Assembly: GCF_020745735.1 (NCBI RefSeq)
Contig: NC_083438.1
Coordinates: 32,362,443 to 32,426,442 of the forward strand
Direction of reading: 5' to 3'
From: Hemiscyllium ocellatum
Lineage: Eukaryota
Length of the DNA: 64,000 bases
The notes below the pieces were generated by a model that searched no databases, was not told the DNA's origin, and saw nothing but the letters and a program-made list of their open reading frames with translations. The position numbers and the translations under genes are program-made. Positions 10,597 through 20,818 of this stretch are shown piece by piece (position 1 is the first letter of the stretch; every line of letters starts with the position of its first letter).

Positions 10597-11375
10597 CACA
10601 GAAGCGCTTCATAGGAGGCTCCCAAACACTGAGGATGTCACCTAGACAGGGGCAAAACGTTTGCTACACAAATTCCCAGCTCGGTGAACAGAACCACAAC
10701 ATTCCTCCCCCGCCAACAATCCACTTATTAGCTCCTAAAATCATCTTCTACCCCATTTTCTGTCCCTATCTTCACAGAATACAAAACTATTGAAGGGGGT
10801 TCAGACAAATAAACCCAGAGTTTGGTTCATGTATTAAAGAGGTTTCTTTATTGAAAGGAGCTCCGTTTTAATGATAAATACATCTTGTGGGTGAATCTTT
10901 ACTCTCATCACATCTCCAAACAAATGGAAACATTTTCTTCATACGATAAATTACCTTTATCGTTTGGATTGGGAGTTGAAAATACGCAATGTGAATAATG
11001 CTTTAAACAAAGGACGAAATGTGCAAGGAGCTGGTTGCCGTAAGTGAAACTTATTGATGGACAAGAAACCATGTTAGTATTTGGCAGGGTGGATCCAAAC
11101 GGAGTGGCACCATTTGTTCTGGGGAGAAAACATAGGAACCGAAACCTTCTCTTCTTTGAAGCAAGGACTCACCTCTAACCCTTCTCCCCACCAACTCCCT
11201 ATTCTATCACCCTTTCCCATTTCCCGGCCTCACAATCCCAGCAGCAGCTGGCACTGTCAATTCTTTTCTTTGACTTAAGGAACATCTTCCAAACAAGGGC
11301 TCTTTCTCTCCCACCTTGACAGCAGACACAAGAGAGAAACATCCTGGGATGGAAAAGTAGCACCGAGTCGGTTCT

Positions 11376-12530
11376 CTCATAGAGTCATCGAGTCATTGGG
11401 ATGTACAGCACAGAAATAGACCCTTCGGTCCAACTCATGCCAACCAGGTATCCCAACCCAATCTAGTCCCACCTGCCAGCACCCGGCCCATATCCCTCCA
11501 AACCCTTCCTAGTCACATACCCATCCAAATGCCTTTTACATGTTGCAATTGTACTAGCCTCCACCACTTCATCTGGCAACTCATTCCATACATGTACCAC
11601 CCTCCGCGTGAAAAAGTTGCCCCTTAGGTCTCTTTTATACCTTTCCCCTCTCCCCCTCCAGTTCTGAACTCCCCAACCCCAAGAACTCAAATCCTCCAAC
11701 CCTGGTAACATCTTTGTAAATCTTTTCTGAACCCTTTCAAGTTTCACAACATCTTTCCGATAGGAAGGAGACCAGAACTGCATGCAATATTCCAACAGTG
11801 GCCCAACCAATGTCCTGTACAGCCGCAACATGACCTCCCAACTCCTGTACTCAATACACTGATTCATAATGGAAAGTATACCAAACACCTTCTTCACTAT
11901 CCTATCTACCTGCGACTCCACTTTCAAGGAGCTATGAACCTGCACTCTAAAGTTTCTTTGTTCAGCAACACTCCCTAGGACCTTACCATTAAATGTACAA
12001 GTCCTGCTAAGATTTGCTTTCTCAAAATGCAGCACCTTGCATTTATCTGGATTAAACTCCATCTGCCACTTCTCAGCCCATTGGCCCATCTGATCAAGAT
12101 GACGTTGTCATCTGAGGTAACCTTCTTCGCTGTCTACTACACCTCCAATTTTGATGTCATTTGCAAACTTACTAACTATACCTCTTGTGTCACGTCCGAA
12201 TCATTTATGTAAATGACAAAAAGTAGTGGACCCAGCACCGATCCTTGTGGCACTCCACTGGTCACAGACCTCCAGTCTGAAAAAATCCCCACCACCACCG
12301 TCTGCCTTCTTCCTTCAAGCCAGTTCAGTGTCCAAATGGGTAGTTTCCCTGTATTCCATGAGATCAAAACTTGGTAACCAGTCTCCCATGGGGAACCTTA
12401 TCGAACGCCTTACTGAAGTCCACATAGATCACATCTACCGCTTTGCCCTCATCAATCCTCATTGCTACTTCTTCAAAACCTCAATCAAGTTTGTGAGACA
12501 TGATTTCCCATGCACAAAGCCATGTTGACT
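11376..12530 (-). mobile_element. CR1/HER1-like LINE, 3' 1.15 kb with terminus
   Basis: [17 protein letters not shown]...MGQWAEKWQMEFNPDKCKVLHF...FFTRRVVHVWNELP, with a (GACTCTAT)-type tail. Confidence 0.95.
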
Positions 12531-13399
12531 ATCCCTCTCACAGGGACAAATTTCTCTGGAAGGCATTTAGTGATGTTGGGCGGATAATGCACCCTGTCAC
12601 CTCGTACTCTGAGCACTAGTCCAAAAGCCAATGATCTGACTATTTATTACTCTGACAAATGTTTGATCTTCTTCTGCCTAAAAAGCCAATACGGATACTT
12701 TTTAAATGTAGATTATTTTTTCAGTTCAAAATGACCTTGATGCAAATAGAGAACACTGAAACTGGAATTTACCTGTCAGAGATGAGAGGACTATTGTTGG
12801 GGTCGGTGATCATGTCACTGTGATTTGGAACATGCTTGACTATCTGTCAGGTTCAGGGCACATCACTTTCACTGGAATCCACAAACCAGCAGAAACTAGA
12901 TTGTCCTTTTTGTTGCGATTGAGTTCATTCCAGTCCTCAGGACTTTCTGATTACTAGCTGAAGGCCTTGTTCCAGTTTCTGACACCCACTGGTGATGGAG
13001 AAACAGCTGATATCTTTCCAGGTCGGAATGGTCCATGTGTGGGACTGATGGGGTATGTTCCTGTGATCCTGCTGCCCTTGTCCTGCTCAGGGAGACTGGA
13101 GGTTTCATTGGAAAATGTGGGACTGGGAAAAGAAAAGAACGAAGAGTTGTTCAATTGTCATCCTCAAGGAAGCTTCAGCCCCAGACAATCAATTTCTTTC
13201 TTTCTTTAAAACAAAGAAACTTGTTGAGAATAAATGCAATGCATATCCCATCCCATTAAAATATTTTCCCTTGAGCTTCCCCCTCCCCTCTGAAGTTCCC
13301 CATTCCCTTTCATCTCCACACACACCTTCCAATATTTTACACAGCTTCCTTCCCGAATATCCCCGGCATCCCCAGCTCAGAGATTTTTAAAAATTCATT

Positions 13400-13700
13400 T
13401 GTGGGCGTCACTAGCTGGCCAGCATGGATAGCCCATCTCTATTTGCCCTTGAGAAGGTGGGGGGTGAGCTGCCTTCTTAAATCGCTGCAGTCCACTTGCT
13501 GTGGGTTGACCCACAATGCTGGTAGGGAAGGAATTCCAGGATTTTGATCCAACCACTCTGAAGGAACGGCAGTGTATTCCCAAGTCAGGGTGGTGAGTGG
13601 CTTGGATGGGAACTTGCATGTGGTGGTCTTCCCAAGTACCTGTTGCCCTTGTCCTTCTCGATAGAAGTGGAAGGTGCTGTCGAAGGATCTTTGGTGAATA
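13400..13700 (-). mobile_element. LINE 3' end of the L2/CR1 group (family not assigned)
   Basis: SKSWNSFPTSIVG...GLQRFKKAAH followed by CCTTCTCAAGGGCAA...ATGCTGGCCAGC. The same family occurs at 30745-31330 and in the arms at 38.7/40.0 kb. Confidence 0.65.
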
Positions 13701-13829
13701 ACAGTTCTGCAAAGGGACTGATCTCAGTTTGCCAGGGAGAAAAAAAAGCACTGACAATGGGGATGACAGGTAGGTGAAATTGACGTGGCTGTGCTGAAAG
13801 CAGCCCACAGCAGGGCCTGGGGTGGAGGT

Positions 13830-14500
13830 GAAAGTAAAGGAGATAGAAGGTGTTCAGTTTCTAAAATTATCGATCTCAGTTTTGAGTCCTGAAAGCTGAA
13901 GGGTCGCCATGTGGAAAATGAGACACTGATCTTCCAGTTTGCACTAGATGTCATTGGAGCACTGGAGGAGGCCTGAGGCAGAGATGTTGGTGAGGGAACA
14001 TGGTGGTGCATTGAAGTGGCAGGCAACAGGATGGTATCTGCAAATAGTACAAAGGTGTTCTGCTACACAGACTGGGCAACTGCTTTTTGTCTCTCCCAAA
14101 GTACAGGGGCAGTGAATGTGGTAGACTGGATTGTGTTAACTGCAGGTAAAGTATTGCTTCACCTGAAAGGGATGTCTGGGGCCTTGAATAGCAAGGAGGG
14201 AGGAAGCAAACAGGCAAGTATTGATTCCATTAAGGAAAACTTGTGGACAACTTCACTCTGCGGCGTTCCCCAGATTACCAGTAAACCAGAGGCTTTGCAG
14301 TTACAGGGCAGCACAACCTGCCTCCCAAGGACCCAGAACCTTCTACGATTGATGGGAAGATGCCGGGGAGGTATGGGAGGGTGATGGGAGTGGAGGTGTG
14401 GACCAGAATGTCCCGTAGACTCCCTGCAGAATGCTGACAAGGGACGGGAGGGGTATGTGTGTCCTGTGGTGGCATCTTGCTGGAGGTAGCTCAGAAGCTG
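13830..14500 (-). mobile_element. Degraded Penelope fragments flanking an IgV 5' relic
   Basis: SLRDILVHTS...GIFP linker and a RHVENETLIFQF-like GIY-YIG tail. Confidence 0.55.
14238..14340 (-). pseudogene. 5' fragment of a second IgV exon (copy B)
   Basis: Minus strand reads (G)VLGRQVVLPCNCK-ASGLLVIWGTPQSEVVHKF, homologous to GFLGEQVVLPCTYK...LLVIWRTPKSEMVHTF. Confidence 0.8.
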
Positions 14501-15207
14501 TTGTCACTGGGCTCCATTCTTTATCTGAACAGGTCAACTCCTTTCCAGGCCCCTGAGAGGAACAGCATTCACTCATTCAATGTTCAGACACACTGTCGGG
14601 CTTTAGGGGAAAACATTCCAGGGAGGAATGATGCTCAGGTCAGACTGATCAGGAGGGATCAGCAACAGGATCAGGAGTGAAAATTCCAACAGGATTGCAT
14701 TAACTGTGAAAGGTAGAAATGAAGCTTCCAAAATGATCCTGAGCAGGATCATTCCCAGCATCTTACATCCCCCCGTGGAGAGAATCCTCACAGGATCCTG
14801 GGCCGACTGGGATACACTTTCAAGGTCAGTGCACTGGGTCTTGGAAAGGCTGCTTGGGAGGGGCTGTGGGTCCCACCTCCTGCAACCCAACCTCTGGAGA
14901 CAGAAGGACCATGTTTCTGGGGGGGGGGGGGGGGGAAGTGCAGGTTCTCACACTGTTAACCCCTTCCATCACCCAGTTTGGTAGCTCCATCCTTCAGGGC
15001 TCAGCCAGCTCGCTCAATGGGGCTCATTACTGAGTGACCCTTTTTTTTTCAAAAAACTGAATTTGAATTCTGAACATGTCATGTCGGGATTTGAAGTCAT
15101 TCCCTGGATTATTAGTCCACATCGCTGGAGTAACAAAAACCCTCTGGACTACCATCCCCATAAAATCAGAGTCGCATTACAGAATACTTGAAATCAAAAC
15201 CTCTCAT

Positions 15208-15440
15208 CTGTCAGAGAGAGATGAACATGTTGATGTTGGCAGTCCCCTCAGAAATCTCACACTGATACACATTCTGGTCTGACTCCCTGAGGTCAGAGAT
15301 CAGAACTGACCAGTTGCCTTGTTCCAGTTGATCTTTGAACAGGTTTGTTCTGTTCTGAATCGTGGGTCTTGTTCTCTCAATTTATCATTCCTATCAAGAA
15401 ACGTGTGGACAATTTTCATCTTAGGTGTTACCCAGATGTA
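15208..15440 (-). pseudogene. Frameshifted IgV exon remnant (copy B, first IgV)
   Basis: IWVTPKMKIVHTFLDRNDKLREQDPRFR, then a 1-nt deletion, then RTNLFKDQLEQGNWSVLISDLRESDQNVYQCEI, then a second frameshift. The donor is mutated GT>AT and the LPC-bearing 5' part is missing. Confidence 0.88.
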
Positions 15441-15809
15441 GAAGCATCCCCAGAAGCGATCTAGGTCCTCACTTCCCTCCAGACCTTGTCAGACCTTGGT
15501 TCTGTTCCCCAATAGGTCCAGACCCTGCCCCTCCCAAGACCCAGAGCCCAATCCCCAGTCCTGGCCTGTCCACACTGCACACTCTGAGACAGGTCCGAAT
15601 GTGATCTGATCACAGCACCGCCCCAGACTCTCAGCCTAGCGTGAGAGACACTTGCCAATCTGACCGATTGTTACTCAGTGTTCTGATCCAAACTTTCTGT
15701 GTCCACTTGCAGCCCACACAGCACCTTAAAGCAAGAGGAATTCCTGATTCCCTCCACCACCCCCCCCACTTTGATCCTGCTGAAATGTTCCAGCACTCAC
15801 AGCACTGAC

Positions 15810-15879
15810 CTGAAACAGCAGCAACAACATTTAGCAGCAGCAGCAGCAGCGGGGGGAGTAGTTTCTGTGAGCTGTGTCC
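15810..15879 (-). CDS. Leader exon of copy B: GHSSQKLLPPLLLLLLNVVAAVS(G)
   Basis: 70 nt, ttgcag| ... |gtcagt, (CTG)n encoding Leu6. Confidence 0.75.
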
Positions 15880-16154
15880 CTGCAACAAGAAAACACAGTG
15901 AGTCCCTTTCCAACAGATTCCCTTCCTGATCAGGTTGATGATCCCACTCCGCCCTGGGGTGATGACTGACAGGGGCCGGGCTCCAGAGTAATCCGCCTCA
16001 ATTTGAGACTGAGAGTTTAATGAAATATTCTGATGGTATTTTGTCAGATTATGTTTCTTTAGAAAATATTCTTCACCCATTTTAGATCCATTGAGTCTGG
16101 GTCTAATCCCCTTTTCTAGATTCCAAACTTTTTCTCAAGTATTTTAAAAGAATT

Positions 16155-16720
16155 CCTACAGTGTGGAAATAGACCATTTGGCCAAACAAGTCATACCGTC
16201 CCTCCGAAGAGTAAGCCACCCACACTCATTCCCTTAGCCTATTACTCTACATTTCCCTCCGACTAATGCACCTAACCTGCACATCCCTGGGCATTATGGG
16301 AGAATTTAACATGGCCAATCCACCCTAACCTGCACATCCCTGGGCACTATGGGACAATTTAGCATGGCCAATCCACCCTAACCTACACATCCCTGGACAC
16401 TATGGGACAATTTAGCATGGCCAATCCACCCTAACCTACACATCCCTGAGCACTATGGGACAATTTAGCATGGCCAATCCACCCTAACCTACACATCCCT
16501 GAGCACTATGGGACAATTTAGCATGGCCAATCCACCCTAACCTACACATCCCTGAGCACGATGGGACAATTTAGCACGGCCGATCCACCCTAACCTACAC
16601 ATCCCTGGACACTATGGGTAATTTAACATGGCCAACCTACCCATCTTTGAAGGTGTTGAGGCTGGAATCAAAGCCGGGTCCCTGGTGCTGAGAGTCAGCA
16701 GTGCTAACCCCTGAGCCACC
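16155..16720 (-). mobile_element. HE1-like SINE with an internal 53-bp tandem amplification (~7 units, 16268-16640)
   Basis: Unit CACCCTAACCTACACATCCCTGAGCACTATGGGACAATTTAGCATGGCCAATC starts at 16321, 16374, 16427, 16480, 16533 and 16586. Confidence 0.88.
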
Positions 16721-16739
16721 ATTCACTCACAGAACACTT

Positions 16740-17400
16740 TTATAAACTTCTGAGAAGTTCCAGCCCTTTCTGTCTGTGTCTGAGATTGTCAGCATTTCCT
16801 TTTAATAAAGAGGTGAGTGCTGGGGGGTGATGAGGGAGAGAGAGTTTCCCCCCAGATCCCCCTCCCTCCCTCCCTCCGTGTCCCCGGGTGGGAGACACTG
16901 ACAGTAAGTACCTGCAGCTCCTTTCCCGGGACCGGGACTGCGATCAGGATCAGAGGCAGACACTGACAGGAGACCGAGAAGCTGCTGAGAAACATTTGGT
17001 CAAACTCCGTGTTGGAGGGAGAGCAGGGTGTGTCTCAGTGTGATACAGCCCGGAGCTGACCCTGCAATGTCCCCCTGACTTCTCCCTCCCTCTCTCTCTG
17101 TCCTGGTCATTAAAACTGGCGCCACAGCTGGGGAGGGGGCGGAGCTTGTTACAGACTGACCCACATTGTACTGAGAGATGGGAGGGATCAATCCCTGTGT
17201 CTCACCTCCTCTCAACTCCCCGGCTCTGGACCCACAGTTTTCCGGGAGTCCCCACTCGGATCAGTGTCTAACTCCAATTCCCTCAGGGGATGTGCAGCTT
17301 TGACCTGGCTTCTCCCGAGAGAGGCAGCACCCAGATCCCTCACTCCCCCCTCTCCATGTAAGAATGGTAGAGTCGCCCCGCCCAGCGCGCCAAAATGAAT
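16740..17400 (-). promoter_or_regulatory. GC-rich promoter/first-exon block of copy B (putative ATG exon 16912-16995)
   Basis: Paralog of the blocks at 7.8-8.5, 28.6-29.3 and 53.4-54.1 kb. Confidence 0.6.
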
Positions 17401-17624
17401 GAGCCAGAGCGGGTCTGTATCACAGAGCCCTCCCCACGCCCCTGATCTATAGGCTCCCGGTGTGGAGGGGAGTGGGCAGCTTGGAGCATCACCCGATGGG
17501 TCTGCTCCTGCTCAGGAAGGTTATAAACAACTACAGACAGGGGCCAATTCTGCTTACTGCCTGCCCATTAACAACCCATCTCCTGCGGCTGTGTCCAGAA
17601 TAATCGATATTTATATAACTTGGA

Positions 17625-18144
17625 GTTGGACTGGGATGGACAAAGTAACAACATCACACAACACCGGGTTATAGTCCAACAGGTACCGGTGTTGGACTGG
17701 GATGGACAAAGTAACAACATCACACAACACCGGGTTATAGTCCAACAGGTACCGGTGTTGGACTGGGATGGACAAAGTAACAACATCACACAACACCGGG
17801 TTATAGTCCAACAGGTACCGGTGTTGGACTGGGATGGACAAAGTAACAACATCACACAACACCGGGTTATAGTCCAACAGGTACCGGTGTTGGACTGGGA
17901 TGGACAAAGTAACAACATCACACAACACCGGGTTATAGTCCAACAGGTACCGGTGTTGGACTGGGATGGACAAAGTAACAACATCACACAACACCGGGTT
18001 ATAGTCCAACAGGTACCGGTGTTGGACTGGGATGGACAAAGTAACAACATCACACAACACCGGGTTATAGTCCAACAGGTACCGGTGTTGGACTGGGATG
18101 GACAAAGTAACAACATCACACAACACCGGGTTATAGTCCAACAG
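17625..18144. repeat. 66-bp perfect tandem repeat (~7.9 units) derived from a PLE pLTR end
   Basis: Unit GTTGGACTGGGATGGACAAAGTAACAACATCACACAACACCGGGTTATAGTCCAACAGGTACCGGT. It matches the pLTR motif at 8955-9010 and runs on into pLTR sequence with a degenerate hammerhead (18145-18190). Confidence 0.95.
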
Positions 18145-18464
18145 ACTTATTTGGAAGCACTAGCTTTCAGAGCATTGCTCCTTGTTAGACTTTGGCTCAA
18201 TCTACCAACTTATTTTCTTCTCTGTGTGAGCCCAGTCCTGCGTGCTCTTTAAATAAAGCAATAGGAGAATATATTCAATCTTACACTTTTAGTTTTATTC
18301 TATCAGTAAGTAGATAAAGTATACAGAGCTCTGGGTCTAAACCTTTCTGTCCCTGACAAACTACTCAGTCAGTCAGTTCACAAAGAACAAAAGACGTATT
18401 TCTGCCCCTGACCCAGTCTTTTATACCATACAAGACAGCATACCATCACTCAAGTGAGATTGTC

Positions 18465-18755
18465 TTCTAATTGGCTGTTGCTCTGACTCCATTCCCTGCC
18501 TCCTCGCATTCCCGGATGTTCGATCCCACGTGACCCTCCTTTGTCTCTGAAAAGGAGCACCACGCGGCCTCCTTTCGGGCGCGAAACGGCCGATCACGTG
18601 ACCTCCCGGCACTCTTCCGGAACGAGAAACAGGGAGACCACATGACCGCGCCCGCGTCTCGGAGCATCACGTGATCATCCTCTGTGCACGCATCAGAGGA
18701 CCACGTGACCTCCGAACGCCGAGGACACGCCCACTCAGAAGTTTACCGGTAAGCT
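18465..18755 (+). promoter_or_regulatory. CpG-rich promoter-like island with clustered E-boxes and a splice donor
   Basis: CACGTGA at 18527, 18595, 18668 and 18702. E2F-like GCGCGAAA at ~18579, ETS-like TTCCGG, ATTGG box at ~18471, and donor CCG|GTAAGC at 18749. Confidence 0.5.
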
Positions 18756-19194
18756 ATATATATATTTTACATCCTTCATCAGGTGGTTGCAGAAGTTAAG
18801 GTCATGCTTCATGACACTGGACTCCTGTGAGTATAATCTTAACCTCCACAACCACCTGATGGAGTGGTTCTTCGAAATCTAGTCCTTCCAAATAAGCCTG
18901 TGTGACTATAACCTGGTGTTGTGTGATTTTTAACTATATTTATACGGCATCAAGTTTGCTTATTTAGACAAAGCAGGTGGATGGAGATGGGTGTGTGTGT
19001 GTGTGTAAGGAGCTGTGGGGTGGTCTGGTGTGTGAGAGCTTATTGGGATCTAACCTCCCACATCCCTCCAGGACTAGAATTACCCAGGGATCTGTTTGTA
19101 CTGGGGCTGGTTCTGAATCACTAGGTGCTGAAGGTCTCTGCTGTTAGTTTTGTTTGTGTGTCCCAGTCTGTTAATGGCTTCACTCTGTCTCTAG

Positions 19195-20818
19195 GTCCTG
19201 GACTCTCCACTGGAGCAAGAGTTGGTTTGGGAATCGGGATTGCTGCTGTTTTTATTGTAGCAGGAATTGTGGGTGACATTGTCCTAAAGCGACGAAGAAG
19301 GTGAGTTCTGGAATGTTGCACCGTTTCCATGGTAACCCTTTGGTCTTTGTATAACATTGTGTGAAATGTTGCTGAGCTCTGTCCCTGTCCATTCCCTGAG
19401 CTGTGAGGATGCTTCAATCCAGCCTGTCATTGAGCAGCATCATCCAGTCACTTCCAGCTCGTCATCCTCTCGCTGCTGAACAGTCCCTGTGGATTGGAAA
19501 GGAGCCAATATTATCCCACTGGAGAACCAGAGGATGGGACATATATTGGGAATTTCAGGAGGTATTTGAGAAGGTGCCACACAATAGGTTGTTGTACAAG
19601 ATGAGGGGCCCAGGGGATTGGGGGGTGATATAGCATGGATTGAGGATTGGTTAATGGACAGGAACAGAGCAGGAACAAATGGGTCATTGTCAGTTGTCAG
19701 GATGTAACTGGTGCTGCAAGGATCAGTGCTGGGACCTCAGTGACTCACAATCTATATCAGTGACTGAGATGGGGGGATAGAGTGGGATTGTCCCAGTTTG
19801 CTGCTGATACAAAGCTCAGTGGGAAAGTAAGCTGTGAGGGGGATACAGAGGCTGCAAACAGGGATATGCTGGTTCACGTTTATACTCCATGTGGGTGTGG
19901 GTGTTCCATCATTAAATCTGTTTCAGACTGAGATGGACAGATTTGAACATTCCCATCCTTTTTCCAATCCCTCCATATCCTCCGCCCTCCCTATGTGTAA
20001 CCACCTTCAGCTGTACAGCCCTCAGATCTCTGTGCTCCTGTCTCCCTGATATTTCCATTGCTGCCCCATTGGTGGCTGTGCCTTCAGCTGCCTGGCTCTG
20101 AAGCTCTGCAAATCCTCACCTAAACCTCTTTGACCAAGTTTCTCTCCTTTTGTCTCCCTCTGTCTCTCCAATATCTCTTTCTCTCTTGTCTTTTCCTATA
20201 CTACACAATGTACAAGGTGCTTTTGAAAGGCAAGTTGTTGCTCACTCTCCTGCACTTTTCAAACACAGCCCATCCCTTATCCTGGGAATTGGAGGGTTCA
20301 GTCACTGGGAATACCATCTCCTTTCTTTCCCTCAATATCCACATCTCTGTGCTCCCCGCCTATCCCCACACACAGCCCTCACTGTGGGAGGAGGAACTAT
20401 TGCAGGGTTCTCTCACTCTCTCCCATGGTTTTCTCTCTGTCACTCAGCACAGCTCCTGTGCAGTGCCCAGCGCTTGCCCATTGCCTCCCCTATAAGCCTC
20501 CTCTCCTCTACACTCTGTGCTCCATCACCGTGCAGCTCCTGTCACCCAGTTTCCAGCTGCATTGGAAAAGGATGATGACAGTTATTTAATTTTCCTGAAC
20601 AGCTCCTTTACACTCGTGTCCAAAGTGTTGGATTCTTCTAAACTGTTCTCTTGTTTCTCTCTTCTAGGAATTGTGTTCGAAGCCGACATTCCAGTAATCA
20701 AAATGAAGTATCAAATGATGTCCCGTTGAGAAAGGTGGCCTGTTCAGGTGAAGCACGGAGCCTTGTACCAACAGCACCTGAGCAAAACCTTCTGGGGAAC
20801 GGGGCTGCCCAGCACTGA
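19195..20818 (+). pseudogene. Orphan 3' module of the IgV family: TM exon 19195-19300 and cytoplasmic exon 20668-20818, with no upstream IgV or leader
   Basis: TM (G)PGLSTGARVGLGIGIAAVFIVAGIVGDIVLKRRR. Tail RNCVRSRHSSNQNEVSNDVPLRKVACSGEARSLVPTAPEQNLLGNGAAQH*. Splice sites are intact. Confidence 0.75.
19500..19950 (+). mobile_element. Degraded CR1 fragment within the duplicated 3' module (inverted paralog ~45850-46260)
   Basis: FQEVFEKVPHNRLLYKMR, GATCAGTGCTGGGACCTCAG, TTTGCTGCTGATACAAAG. Confidence 0.7.

Larger units (their letters stand above)
14238..16995 (-). pseudogene. IgV membrane-protein gene copy B, pseudogene (two IgV relics, no TM exon found)
   Basis: Putative ATG exon 16912-16995, leader 15810-15879, frameshifted IgV 15208-15440, IgV 5' relic 14238-14340. 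Confidence 0.7.

Noticed and set aside
10910-11125. Minus-strand ~70-codon open stretch after a polypyrimidine acceptor, as a possible terminal exon of copy B
   Set aside because: No similarity to the family tail exon, no TM exon upstream, and no paralog in the window.
17568-18252. Long repetitive ORFs in three frames and a CRISPR-like look
   Set aside because: The ORFs come from a stop-free 66-bp (22-codon) tandem unit derived from a PLE terminus. Units are adjacent with no unique spacers, there are no cas genes, and the DNA is vertebrate.
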